Notes: generated by a model from the sequence alone, not told the origin. DNA of 45,832 nucleotides from a virus (IMGVR_UViG_3300048579_000376:1-45832); one strand, 5' to 3'; positions 7,595 through 15,998 are shown, numbered from the stretch's first letter. Numbers and translations are program-made.

Positions 7595-8063
7595 TACCTA
7601 CACCATCCAGCTGGACGAGCTGCTGGCCACCGCCCAGACCTGGCTCGGCCCGACCATCGACGCCGAGTGCCGGCGCCAGGACGCCGCCAAGCTGCGGGTC
7701 TTCGTCGCCAATCTCAAGGATGTCCGCGATCTGGTCCACCTGATGGAGGAGGGGCTGGTGGCTGATCCGGCGGACTCGCTGGCCGCCACCATGGAGGGGC
7801 TGGCCGAATCCTTTGCGCACATCCCCGACGGCGCCTTCCTGTCGCGCGCCGCCCGCCTGACCTACGTGGCGGTGTTCAACGAGGCCGCCGCTCGCGCCTG
7901 GGCGTGGGAGGTGGCGCTGCGCCTGCACGCCGGCATCATCGCCACCACCGATATCGAGACCCTGGCCCTGGCCCGCAAGCTGCGCCTCGGCGCCGTCCAG
8001 CGGGCCAGCAACCTCAACCAGGCGCCGGCCCCGTCGGCGCCCGGCGGCGGGGACGCCGCATGA
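7587..8063 (+). CDS. Hypothetical protein
   Basis: 158 aa, GGAGG RBS, overlapping gene junctions, phage-like codon usage. Confidence 0.75.
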   Translation: MTDTYTIQLDELLATAQTWLGPTIDAECRRQDAAKLRVFVANLKDVRDLVHLMEEGLVADPADSLAATMEGLAESFAHIPDGAFLSRAARLTYVAVFNEAAARAWAWEVALRLHAGIIATTDIETLALARKLRLGAVQRASNLNQAPAPSAPGGGDAA

Positions 8064-8533
8064 TCACCGCCGGCATGATCAAGCGCATGGTGGCTAACGA
8101 CTTCGGCGTGACGGTGCCTGAGATGGACGGCAATTGCCGCCATCAGCGCCTGGCCGTCCCCCGGGCGGTGGCCATGTGGATCGTCCGGACCTGCCTGGGC
8201 TACTCCTACCCGCAGATCGGGCGGGTGTTCCGCCGCGACCACACCAGCGTCGTTCATGCGATCGGGCGTTTGACCGCCCTGCGCGATCATGATGCCGCCC
8301 TGGCGGCCCGTGCCGATCGCCTGCAGGCGGCCTGCCGCCAGAAGGCCGACGACATCCCCGATGACCAGGCTCCCGATGCCGCCGCCTGCATGGTCGATGC
8401 CCTGGTGGCCGAGTTCCGCACCGCCATCCAGCGTTCGGCACTCCGCGACCCCCAGGTCTTCATTGCCCGTGCCTTGGCCATGCTGGCCGAAAGAGAGGCC
8501 ACGGCCATGCTGGCCGAAAGAGAGGCCACGTGA
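8060..8533 (+). CDS. DnaA C-terminal (domain IV)-like HTH protein
   Basis: VANDFGVT...PRAVAMWI.R...SYPQIGRVFRRDHTSVVHA matches the DnaA domain IV signature. Confidence 0.85.
   Translation: MITAGMIKRMVANDFGVTVPEMDGNCRHQRLAVPRAVAMWIVRTCLGYSYPQIGRVFRRDHTSVVHAIGRLTALRDHDAALAARADRLQAACRQKADDIPDDQAPDAAACMVDALVAEFRTAIQRSALRDPQVFIARALAMLAEREATAMLAEREAT
8476..8529 (+). repeat. 27-bp tandem duplication
   Basis: GGCCATGCTGGCCGAAAGAGAGGCCAC x2 (AMLAEREAT x2). Confidence 0.9.
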
Positions 8534-8670
8534 AGCTCGTCGCCATCCTGCTGCTGGGCGGCGCCCTCGGCCTGCTGGCCCACGCCGCCGCCACCCTGGG
8601 CACCGTCGCCGCCGAGATCGAGCGGGCCGCCCCGCTCGGCTTCACCCACTTCATTCCGCCCCAACCGTAA
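8530..8670 (+). CDS. Small membrane peptide (46 aa, not in the ORF track)
   Basis: MKLVAILLLGGALGLLAHAAATLGTVAAEIERAAPLGFTHFIPPQP. GTG overlaps the previous stop and fills the gap. Confidence 0.6.
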   Translation: MKLVAILLLGGALGLLAHAAATLGTVAAEIERAAPLGFTHFIPPQP

Positions 8671-8681
8671 GAGGCCCTTCA

Positions 8682-9539
8682 ATGACCGTTCAACAGCCCA
8701 TTCCCGGCGCCGTGGAAATCGACGGCGTTACCTATCTCCGCAACGCCCTGGGCGACCTGACGGCGCTCTCCAACATCAAGCCCATGGACCGCCTGATGGA
8801 CGAGCTGGTCCGCAAGGTGGCCGGCTATGGCGAGGATCTGTCGGCCGAGCTGGCCCGCTTCGCCGCCCACACCGACGCCGACATCGCCGCCCTGGACGCC
8901 CTGATCGCCCAGGATTACGGCGTGGAGCCCAAGGAAACCAAGGGCAACCGCACCTTCACCAGCTTCGACGGCCTGCTGCAGGTCAAGGTGGCGGTGTCCG
9001 AGCGCATCGTGCTGGGCCCCGAGCTGCAGGCCGCCAAGGCGGTGCTGGACACCCTGATCCGCGAGCGCGGCACCGGCGTCGATCCGTTCCTGATGACCCT
9101 GATCCAGCGGGCCTTCAAGGTCGATCAGGAGGGCAAGGTGGACATCCGCGCCATCCTGGCGCTGCGCCGCATGCAGGTGGACGATCCCCGCTGGGCCGAT
9201 TTCTGCCGCGCCATCGACGATTCCGTCCGCGTGGTGGGCTCCAAGCGTTACATCCGCATCTACCGCCGCCCCAACCACCAGGCCGCCTGGACCATGGTCC
9301 CCCTCGACCTGGCCGCCGTCGAGCCCAGCCCCGCCGCCTTCGAGCGCCGCAGCCTGCGCCGTCAGGTGGAGGAGGCCGACCAGCTCAACGCCCGCCTGGC
9401 CGACCTGCTGGACCGCGCCCTGATGCATCTGGCGCTGGAGGGCGGCAACCCCGAAATCGCCCGCGACCTGATCTCCTGCTCCCTGCACCTGCTGGGCATC
9501 CCTGCGCGCCTGCAGGCCGGTATTCAGGGGGAGTCCTGA
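8682..9539 (+). CDS. DUF3164-family Mu-like phage protein
   Basis: IKPMD.LMDELV, KGNRTFTSFDG, AFKVDQEG, GSKRYIRIYRR, VPLDLA motifs, with a C-terminal extension. Confidence 0.85.
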   Translation: MTVQQPIPGAVEIDGVTYLRNALGDLTALSNIKPMDRLMDELVRKVAGYGEDLSAELARFAAHTDADIAALDALIAQDYGVEPKETKGNRTFTSFDGLLQVKVAVSERIVLGPELQAAKAVLDTLIRERGTGVDPFLMTLIQRAFKVDQEGKVDIRAILALRRMQVDDPRWADFCRAIDDSVRVVGSKRYIRIYRRPNHQAAWTMVPLDLAAVEPSPAAFERRSLRRQVEEADQLNARLADLLDRALMHLALEGGNPEIARDLISCSLHLLGIPARLQAGIQGES

Positions 9540-9541
9540 CC

Positions 9542-9829
9542 ATGCCCCTCATCGACTTCAACGGCCGCGAAATCAAGGTGGGCGATATCGTCACCCACGC
9601 CTACGAGCCGATCCCTCCCGACGCCACCTGGTCGCCCGGCGGCTACCACCATCACTATTTCGCCGGCACCGCCGAGGTGGTCGAGATCAACAAAATCGTC
9701 CTGATCCTGCGCCGTACCGTCGGCGGCACCGACGTGCGCCTCGCCAGTCTGTGCCAGGTGATCGAGCCTGCGGGGGGGGGTGGACATACGCCGTGCCGCT
9801 GGCCGGCCCCTACCGCGAACCGTCATTGA
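9542..9829 (+). CDS. Hypothetical protein
   Basis: 95 aa. DFNGREIKVGDIV start is typical of small SH3-like phage proteins. GGGGAG RBS. Confidence 0.65.
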   Translation: MPLIDFNGREIKVGDIVTHAYEPIPPDATWSPGGYHHHYFAGTAEVVEINKIVLILRRTVGGTDVRLASLCQVIEPAGGGGHTPCRWPAPTANRH

Positions 9830-9840
9830 GGAGCTGACCC

Positions 9841-10365
9841 ATGGACACCGATACCCTGATCGCCAAGCTGCGCGAGCGCGGCGGCGCCGAGGATGTTGCC
9901 GCTGCTGCCGCCCTGGCCCAGCACAAGCATGGCAAGGACGCCTTCCTGGGGTCGACCGCGTACCACGATTACGCCGCGGCCCGGAATTATGCCCAGTGGG
10001 TGTGGGACGAGCCTCCGCCGCCCTCCGCCACCATCAACATCGGCATCGAGATCGAAGGGGACGAGTACGCCTGCGACAGGATCGAGCGGGTGACCGACGG
10101 CATGCCGAGAATCCTGCAGCAGATCGTCGCCGCCCGTTGTGCCCAGGATGTGCAATGGGGTGGCCGCGCCCACGACGACGAGCATACCCCCTCGGACTGG
10201 TACCAGCTCCTTTCCGTGCATGTTGCCCGCCTCGTGCGGCGCCCTGGGATCGACGAGGCGCCGATGGACGACTACCGCCAACGCCTGGTCAAGATCGCCG
10301 CCATTGCCGGGGCAGCTGCCCAGGCGTGGGACCGCCTCCAGGCCGCCAGCCAGCGGGAGTCCTGA
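9841..10365 (+). CDS. Hypothetical protein with a C-terminal MazG-like helical domain
   Basis: R.AQD.QWG..HDD.H...W...RLVKIAAIA.AA..AWDR pattern. GAGGAG RBS. Confidence 0.65.
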   Translation: MDTDTLIAKLRERGGAEDVAAAAALAQHKHGKDAFLGSTAYHDYAAARNYAQWVWDEPPPPSATINIGIEIEGDEYACDRIERVTDGMPRILQQIVAARCAQDVQWGGRAHDDEHTPSDWYQLLSVHVARLVRRPGIDEAPMDDYRQRLVKIAAIAGAAAQAWDRLQAASQRES

Positions 10366-10367
10366 CC

Positions 10368-10754
10368 ATGCCCCAGCACTCCCGCACCTTCCCGCGCTGC
10401 CAGGTCTGCACGCTCACCTCGGACCTGTGCGCCACCTGCGTCGCCGCCCTGCCGGTCGCCTGCCGGGACGGCATCCCCGCCCCCGAGGTAGTGCGCGAGC
10501 CGGCGCCGCCCCTGACCCGCGCCGTCATCGCTGCCGCCGTGCTGGACGTGGCGGCCGAGTATGCCGCCGACCCGCGCGGCCTGCATCTGGGGATGGGGTG
10601 CGCCGATCTCGGCATCGACGGCCGCACCCAGCAGTTGGTCGAACTGGACCTGGAGGGGCATTTCGGCCGCCCCATCCCCATCGAAGGCGAATGGGCGACG
10701 CTCGGCCAGCTGGCCGACCTGATCGCCCGGCAATTGCTCGGATCGGAGGGCTGA
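10368..10754 (+). CDS. Cys-rich N-terminus plus acyl-carrier-protein-like domain lacking the Ser
   Basis: CQVC...CATC, then DLGIDGR...LELDLEGHFG-like segment ...WATLGQLADLI. GGGAG RBS. Confidence 0.65.
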   Translation: MPQHSRTFPRCQVCTLTSDLCATCVAALPVACRDGIPAPEVVREPAPPLTRAVIAAAVLDVAAEYAADPRGLHLGMGCADLGIDGRTQQLVELDLEGHFGRPIPIEGEWATLGQLADLIARQLLGSEG

Positions 10755-10758
10755 TCCC

Positions 10759-10980
10759 ATGACCGCCGACCGGATCACCACCACCGTCACCGGCCGTTGG
10801 ATCGCCGCCGGCTACGAGCTGCGCTGGGGCAACGAGGCGCTGATCATCCCGGCCGGGCAGGCCGAAGCCATCGCCCGGCACATCCTCGCCCCTCCGCCGC
10901 CGGCCGTGGTCTCCGTTTCCGACGCCGCCCCCGTTTCCGACGCCGCCAAGGCCGCCCTGGCGGTGGCCGAGGCCCGATAA
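10759..10980 (+). CDS. Hypothetical protein
   Basis: 73 aa, GGAGG RBS, contains an 18-bp tandem duplication (10913-10947). Confidence 0.7.
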   Translation: MTADRITTTVTGRWIAAGYELRWGNEALIIPAGQAEAIARHILAPPPPAVVSVSDAAPVSDAAKAALAVAEAR

Positions 10981-11050
10981 GGATTTGGCCGGCCCCGCTG
11001 CAACGGGACCGGCCACAACAGGGGCAACGCCCCAAACCTGGAGAAGCACC

Positions 11051-11548
11051 ATGAATATCATGCACCCCGATCACCGCACCATCCCGAATAAGTCCCGCAA
11101 CGTCTCCACCCGTGGTCGTCTCGACGATGGGTCCGCCAACCCCGTCGACGTCCATGTCGGTAAGCGTATGCGCCTGCGCCGGACCCTGCTGGGCATGAGC
11201 CAGGAGAAGCTGGGCGAGGCCATCGGCCTGACCTTCCAGCAGGTCCAGAAGTACGAGCGCGGCGCCAACCGCATCGGCGCCTCGCGGCTGTTCGACCTGT
11301 CGCGGGTGCTGGACGTGCCGGTGTCGTTCTTCTTCGACGACATGGCCGACGCGGTGCAGGGGCAGAGCCCGGTGAACGTCATCAAGGGCGGCGCCGTCCA
11401 GCCCGATACCCACGTCGAGCCCGACCCCATGGTGAAGCGCGAAACCCTGGAACTGGTCCGCGCCTACTACTCCATTACCGAGCCGACCGTCCGCAAGCGG
11501 GTCTACGAGCTGGCCAAGGCCCTGGCCGGAGCCTCCAACCCCACCTGA
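11051..11548 (+). CDS. XRE-family regulator of the alphaproteobacterial PhrR/PraR type
   Basis: NPVDVHVGKRMRLRRTLLGMSQEKLGEAIGLTFQQVQKYERGANRIGASRL...VSFFF...RETLELVRAYY. Confidence 0.92.
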   Translation: MNIMHPDHRTIPNKSRNVSTRGRLDDGSANPVDVHVGKRMRLRRTLLGMSQEKLGEAIGLTFQQVQKYERGANRIGASRLFDLSRVLDVPVSFFFDDMADAVQGQSPVNVIKGGAVQPDTHVEPDPMVKRETLELVRAYYSITEPTVRKRVYELAKALAGASNPT

Positions 11549-11559
11549 TCGCCACCACC

Positions 11560-11590
11560 GCCCCGGCGCCGATCCGCGCGGCGCCGGGGC
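11560..11590 (+). other. Stem-loop downstream of the XRE gene
   Basis: GCCCCGGCGCCG-ATCCGCG-CGGCGCCGGGGC, 12-bp stem with no U tract. Confidence 0.55.
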
Positions 11591-11610
11591 CACGCCCGAG
11601 GACCACCCGC

Positions 11611-11839
11611 ATGACCATCGCCGCCAAGATCCCTGCCGCCACCAAGATCCCCGCCGGCCCCGGCCACCATCGACACCGTGGCCGACTACCTGCGCAGCTG
11701 CGACCAGAAGGTCGGCCAGAACGAGGCCAGCGCCTGGACCATCGACGGCTGCGCCGTGCCGCCCAAGCGCCTGCTGGCCGCCGCCAACCAGTACCGCCTG
11801 GCCGCCGGCCTGCCGCCCTTCAGCGTGCGGGGGCTGTAG
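11611..11839 (+). pseudogene. Small phage gene with an apparent +1 frameshift
   Basis: RBS plus ATG at 11611, but the protein-like frame (TIDTVADYLRS...AANQYRLAAGLPPF) is +1 and ends at TAG 11839. Confidence 0.5.
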
Positions 11840-11841
11840 AC

Positions 11842-12054
11842 ATGAGCAGCCCCACCCCCAAGCAGATGGCCGCCCACAGCCGCCGCAACATCGCCACCGC
11901 CATCAAGGCGCTGCGCAACATCGCGCTCCGCTACGACGAGGTGGACCAGTACTTCGTTTCCTCGGCCGATCGCCTTGCCGAGGAGCTGGACGCCTTCGGC
12001 CGCGAAATCGTCGAGTATACCGCCGAACAGGCGGCCGAAGCCGAGGACCGCTGA
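11842..12054 (+). CDS. Hypothetical protein
   Basis: 70-aa helical ORF starting MSSPTPKQM. Confidence 0.65.
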   Translation: MSSPTPKQMAAHSRRNIATAIKALRNIALRYDEVDQYFVSSADRLAEELDAFGREIVEYTAEQAAEAEDR

Positions 12055-12056
12055 CC

Positions 12057-12335
12057 ATGGCCCGGCTGCTCGACACCCTGCTGGAGATCGACACCCTGGC
12101 GCGCATCGGCGTCAGGGTGCTCGGCACCCGCTCGGACAGCGGCCGGGAGTTCCAGCGCGCCGTCGCCGCCCTGCGCCGCGCCCTGGCGCCGCTGGCCTTG
12201 CACCAGGTGGCCGAGCAGCCCGACCCGAAAACCGACCTGATGCGCGTCCTGGCGGCGGCCGAGGATTCCGGCCTCGCCTGGCCCGACCTGGTGGACGCGC
12301 TCAACCGCTACCACGAAACCCGAGCGAGGGGATAA
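12057..12335 (+). CDS. Hypothetical protein
   Basis: 92 aa, GAGGA RBS, tight operon spacing. Confidence 0.7.
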   Translation: MARLLDTLLEIDTLARIGVRVLGTRSDSGREFQRAVAALRRALAPLALHQVAEQPDPKTDLMRVLAAAEDSGLAWPDLVDALNRYHETRARG

Positions 12336-12337
12336 GC

Positions 12338-13063
12338 ATGGCCGACCTGGACAAGATTCGTGCCCGCCTGCGGGCGCTGCAGGCCAAGACGGTGGAAGCC
12401 GGCTGCACCGAGGCCGAGGCCCTGGCCGCCGCCGAGAAGATGGCCGAGCTGCTCTCCGCCCACGGTCTGTCCGCCGACGACCTGGCGGCGCCCGAATACT
12501 GCGAGCATTCCATCGGCCTGGGCCGCCGCTCGCCGCTCGACAAGGTGTGGATGGCGGTGGCCGTCTTCGCCGACTGCCGGGGCTATTACGTGCGCGACCG
12601 CAATGCCTGGTCCTTCGCCTATTTCGGCCGCGCCCAGGACGTGCTGGTGGCCGACTACGTCCACCAGGTGCTGCGTGCCGCCTGCACCAAGGCCCTGTCC
12701 ACCTTCCGCGAAGGCGACACCTACCGCCGCCGGCGCAAGCCCTCCACCCGCAACCAGGCCGTCAAGGCGTTCCTGGAATCCCTGGCGGCCGGGCTGTACG
12801 ACAAGCTGGAAAGGGGCCTGTGGCGCCGCTACGGCGGCCCCGAGGACGGGCCGCGTGCCCGCGCCCTGATCACCAATAACCAGGCCACTCTCAAATCGGT
12901 GCTGGAGGATCGGGGGCAGAAATTCCGCCCGGCCCGCGCCCTGGCCGATGCCAAGGGCGCCTTCCGCGACGACGCCAAGGCCTGCGGCCACCGCGCCGCC
13001 CGCGCCATCGATGTCAACGCCGGCGTCGCCGCCGGCAACAAGGTGGCGGGGGTGCTGGGATGA
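12338..13063 (+). CDS. DUF2786-domain protein
   Basis: KIRARLRALQAKT..GCTEAEALAAAEKMAELL..HGLS. Confidence 0.82.
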   Translation: MADLDKIRARLRALQAKTVEAGCTEAEALAAAEKMAELLSAHGLSADDLAAPEYCEHSIGLGRRSPLDKVWMAVAVFADCRGYYVRDRNAWSFAYFGRAQDVLVADYVHQVLRAACTKALSTFREGDTYRRRRKPSTRNQAVKAFLESLAAGLYDKLERGLWRRYGGPEDGPRARALITNNQATLKSVLEDRGQKFRPARALADAKGAFRDDAKACGHRAARAIDVNAGVAAGNKVAGVLG

Positions 13064-13428
13064 CCATCGCTGACGACAAGACCCGTGACCTCTCATTCGA
13101 CACCCTGGTAATCCGCCGCGAACGTGCCCGGCACGCTCGCGCCTGCGGTCCCGTCAGATACTTCGGCGAGGAAGGCGATCCCTGGTTCGCCGAACCTATC
13201 GAATGCCCGTGGTGCCGTGATGAGGTGCCGTGGAACTGGGATGACATCACCGCCTGCCCATCCTGCGGACGCGAAATGCTGATCGACCTGTCGTTCCGTC
13301 GCGTCACCGGCCTGATCTCGCCCGCCGACGCCGCCTTCCTGGTCTGGTTTTACGGCATCGATCCCGTTGATCGGCAACAGGTCGGTGACGCCTGGAGGCG
13401 GGCCGTTTACCAGGGAATGCCGCGATGA
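13060..13428 (+). CDS. Hypothetical Zn-ribbon protein
   Basis: CPWC...CPSC, coupled by ATGA overlaps. Confidence 0.7.
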   Translation: MTIADDKTRDLSFDTLVIRRERARHARACGPVRYFGEEGDPWFAEPIECPWCRDEVPWNWDDITACPSCGREMLIDLSFRRVTGLISPADAAFLVWFYGIDPVDRQQVGDAWRRAVYQGMPR

Positions 13429-13901
13429 ATGCCGCCATCAACGTCCGTCCTCTGCTCCTCAATTTCAACGGCGAGATTTGCGGCCCCCGCGCCGCCATCA
13501 ACACGGATCGGCTGGCCGAGATTGACCGGGTGCTGCATTACGGCAACGGCGTCTCTTATTCGCACTATGACGCTCTCGGCGGCACGCCATTGTTGGATAA
13601 AGGGCTGATCGACTACCACCGGTCGCTGGATCGCCATGAGGCCGCTCTCAGGCCCTGGGGCGGTGTCGCTTATCTCACCTACGAGGATGAGCGCCTGATC
13701 GCCCAGACCCCGGACCAGTCCTGGCGCTACTGGCTGCCGCCCTGCTCCGGCGCCTATCGCCTGCTGCCCATCGATCTCGATGCCTTGGCCCGTGACGGCT
13801 ACACCGGCCCCACCTGGTGCAAGCCCGCCGCCCCGGATGTCGCCTATTGGCGGCCCGCTACCCTTGCCGATCTGCATGCTCTCTGGAGAGGCCAACGATG
13901 A
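13425..13901 (+). CDS. Hypothetical protein
   Basis: 158 aa, ATGA overlaps on both sides. Confidence 0.7.
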   Translation: MNAAINVRPLLLNFNGEICGPRAAINTDRLAEIDRVLHYGNGVSYSHYDALGGTPLLDKGLIDYHRSLDRHEAALRPWGGVAYLTYEDERLIAQTPDQSWRYWLPPCSGAYRLLPIDLDALARDGYTGPTWCKPAAPDVAYWRPATLADLHALWRGQR

Positions 13902-14548
13902 CCACCCCCGCCCGCCGCGCCCTCAACGCCGCAATCCATGCCGCCGCCAAGGCCAAGGGCCTGGACGACGACGCCTACCGCGACATGCTGGAGGTCCAGA
14001 CCAGGGCCAAGGGCAAGCCCGGCAAGCGGTCGGCCAAGGACTGTACCGACGCCGAACTGCGCGCCGTCCTCGACCACCTCAACGGCGGCGGCCGGGCGCC
14101 GCTGCCGGGCAATGCATCCAAGGCCCCGCACGCCCGTCTGGCCCGCGCCCTGTGGATCTCGCTCCATAACCTGGGCGAGGTCGGCGATCCCCGCGAATCG
14201 GCGCTGCGTCAGTTCGTCCAGCGCCAGCATGGTGTCGCCGATCTGCGCTTCGTCCGTGCGTCCGAGGCCGCCCCGGTGATCGAGGGGCTCAAGGCTTGGT
14301 GCGCCCGCGCCGGGGTCCGCTGGGCCGATTACGACAAGCTGACGGCGGAGTACCGGGGGCGCCGCGCCGTGCTCGATGCGCAATGGCGCATCCTGGTGGC
14401 CGCCGGCACCGCCCCCGCCATCGACCTGGCCGCCCATGCCCACGCCGTGGTCAGGGTGCCGTCGCTCCATTTCTGCGCCACCGCCGAGCTGGACAAACTG
14501 CTCACCGACCTCGGCGCCCGCGTGCGGACGGTGAAACAGTCTAAGTGA
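13898..14548 (+). CDS. gemA: GemA (Mu gp16 / DUF1018) family protein
   Basis: AAIHAAAKAKGLDDDAYRDML...SAKD..EL..VLDHL; ARALWISL; VIEGLKAW. Confidence 0.9.
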   Translation: MTTPARRALNAAIHAAAKAKGLDDDAYRDMLEVQTRAKGKPGKRSAKDCTDAELRAVLDHLNGGGRAPLPGNASKAPHARLARALWISLHNLGEVGDPRESALRQFVQRQHGVADLRFVRASEAAPVIEGLKAWCARAGVRWADYDKLTAEYRGRRAVLDAQWRILVAAGTAPAIDLAAHAHAVVRVPSLHFCATAELDKLLTDLGARVRTVKQSK

Positions 14549-14555
14549 CCATTTA

Positions 14556-14762
14556 TCAGGATTTGTCGCGCATGTACGTCAGCAACGCCAATCGCAGATC
14601 ACTGGAGAGCCGGGGCCACAGCCAGACCAGGGCCTCGGCGCCGGGAGTCGGTCGGGTGGTCCGACCGGCCAGCATCTTGCTGATGTTGCTCTCATCCACC
14701 CCCAGCAACAGAGCCAGCGCGCGGTTGCTCAGTCCGGCTGCCTTGGCGTCGTCACGGGTCAT
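14556..14762 (-). CDS. Small HTH protein of the inverted cassette
   Basis: GLSNRALALLLGVDESNISKMLAG HTH. GGAGGAG RBS. Confidence 0.8.
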   Translation of the reverse strand: MTRDDAKAAGLSNRALALLLGVDESNISKMLAGRTTRPTPGAEALVWLWPRLSSDLRLALLTYMRDKS

Positions 14763-15216
14763 TGGCTTGCTCCTCCGCCTGGGCGATCAGCGTCCAGGAC
14801 ACGCATTGTCCGGCATCGCCCATCATCATGACGTCTTGGAGGCCCAATCCCTCCATGCTGCCGGTCAGGATGGTCGCCATCCACGGCACGTCGACGATGG
14901 GCGCCGCGCCGCCCGGCAATCCCATGGCCTTGGCCAGGGCCATGAGATTGCTCCAGGCCTGCCCGGAGATGTCCGGCCGCCAGCAGGTGACGCAGATGGT
15001 CCACGGCGCGTCGGGGCGATGCGCCGGACCGATCTGCCAGACGGCGCCGCCGTCCATGCGGTGCACGATGGACAGATGCCATCCCGGCACGCCCATATTG
15101 CCCGCGCCCGCGCGGACGGCCGGCAGCAGCTTGGACACCGCCCGGTCCATCCCCTCGGCGCGCGGCACGCGGGCCATGTGGCCGGTGGTGATGGTGTAGT
15201 GGGTCAGGATGGTCAT
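14752..15216 (-). CDS. Hypothetical protein of the inverted cassette
   Basis: 154 aa, AGGAG RBS, overlaps the HTH gene. Confidence 0.72.
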   Translation of the reverse strand: MTILTHYTITTGHMARVPRAEGMDRAVSKLLPAVRAGAGNMGVPGWHLSIVHRMDGGAVWQIGPAHRPDAPWTICVTCWRPDISGQAWSNLMALAKAMGLPGGAAPIVDVPWMATILTGSMEGLGLQDVMMMGDAGQCVSWTLIAQAEEQANDP

Positions 15217-15219
15217 CTC

Positions 15220-15972
15220 CTACTCCTCGATTTCCGGGTTCGGCCATTTCCGGGCATAGGGGCGGTCCTCCACAAATCCGTCGTCGGCCGGCTCGTTGTC
15301 CAGTTGGTCGAGCTTGTTGAGGTAGTCGGTGACCACGGTCATCATGGCGCGCGCCTCGGCCTCGGCGCGGGCGGCGAAGGTCGCGTTGAGGTCGTCGCGG
15401 AAAGAGACGAGACTCGCCTCCAGCGGCACCAGGGCAAAGCCGTCGAGGTTGATCGCATCGCGCCATTTGGGCGCCATGGCGGCGTCCCCCGCCATTTGCA
15501 GGGCGCACCCCACCTCTCCCACCTCAAGATCATAGACGGCCAAATATCCCCGGCCCGCGATAACGAGCCCGCCGTAGCGCACCGTGCGCCCGGCGATAAT
15601 GACCGTATCCTCAAACACCTCCTCCAAGAGACCGGCCGCGTCGGAGGACTCGGCATGGACCGAGGGATGGCCGTCACCGGTCCCCGTCCACTCCATCACG
15701 GCGGAGATATAGGCCTCACAGTAGTCGCCGGCCGGGCCGTTGAGAGATGGGTCAAAAGCTCGAATGGTGGAAACCCCCATCCGCCCGGCGTCGCGCAACC
15801 GCGCCGCAAGGCGGAGGGAATAGTTACGATACCGATCGAGCCATATCACGCCCTCCTCAGTGAGGCCGGTCACGATGACTACTTGAGTATCACCGATGGT
15901 CGCCTTGACGACCTGCTGGCCGATATTGTCTCCGGGGAGCTGCTCCCGCTTGACGTAGTCGATCTTGATCAT
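15220..15972 (-). CDS. Hypothetical acidic protein of the inverted cassette
   Basis: 250 aa, GGGAGGA RBS, directly after a recognisable promoter. Confidence 0.75.
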   Translation of the reverse strand: MIKIDYVKREQLPGDNIGQQVVKATIGDTQVVIVTGLTEEGVIWLDRYRNYSLRLAARLRDAGRMGVSTIRAFDPSLNGPAGDYCEAYISAVMEWTGTGDGHPSVHAESSDAAGLLEEVFEDTVIIAGRTVRYGGLVIAGRGYLAVYDLEVGEVGCALQMAGDAAMAPKWRDAINLDGFALVPLEASLVSFRDDLNATFAARAEAEARAMMTVVTDYLNKLDQLDNEPADDGFVEDRPYARKWPNPEIEE

Positions 15973-15998
15973 GGCCGTCCTCCCGTTGTCGATGATGT

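Noticed and set aside
9772-9780. G9 homopolymer as a phase-variation tract
   Set aside because: It is near the 3' end of a small gene, so slippage would change only the tail. There is no evidence of variation.
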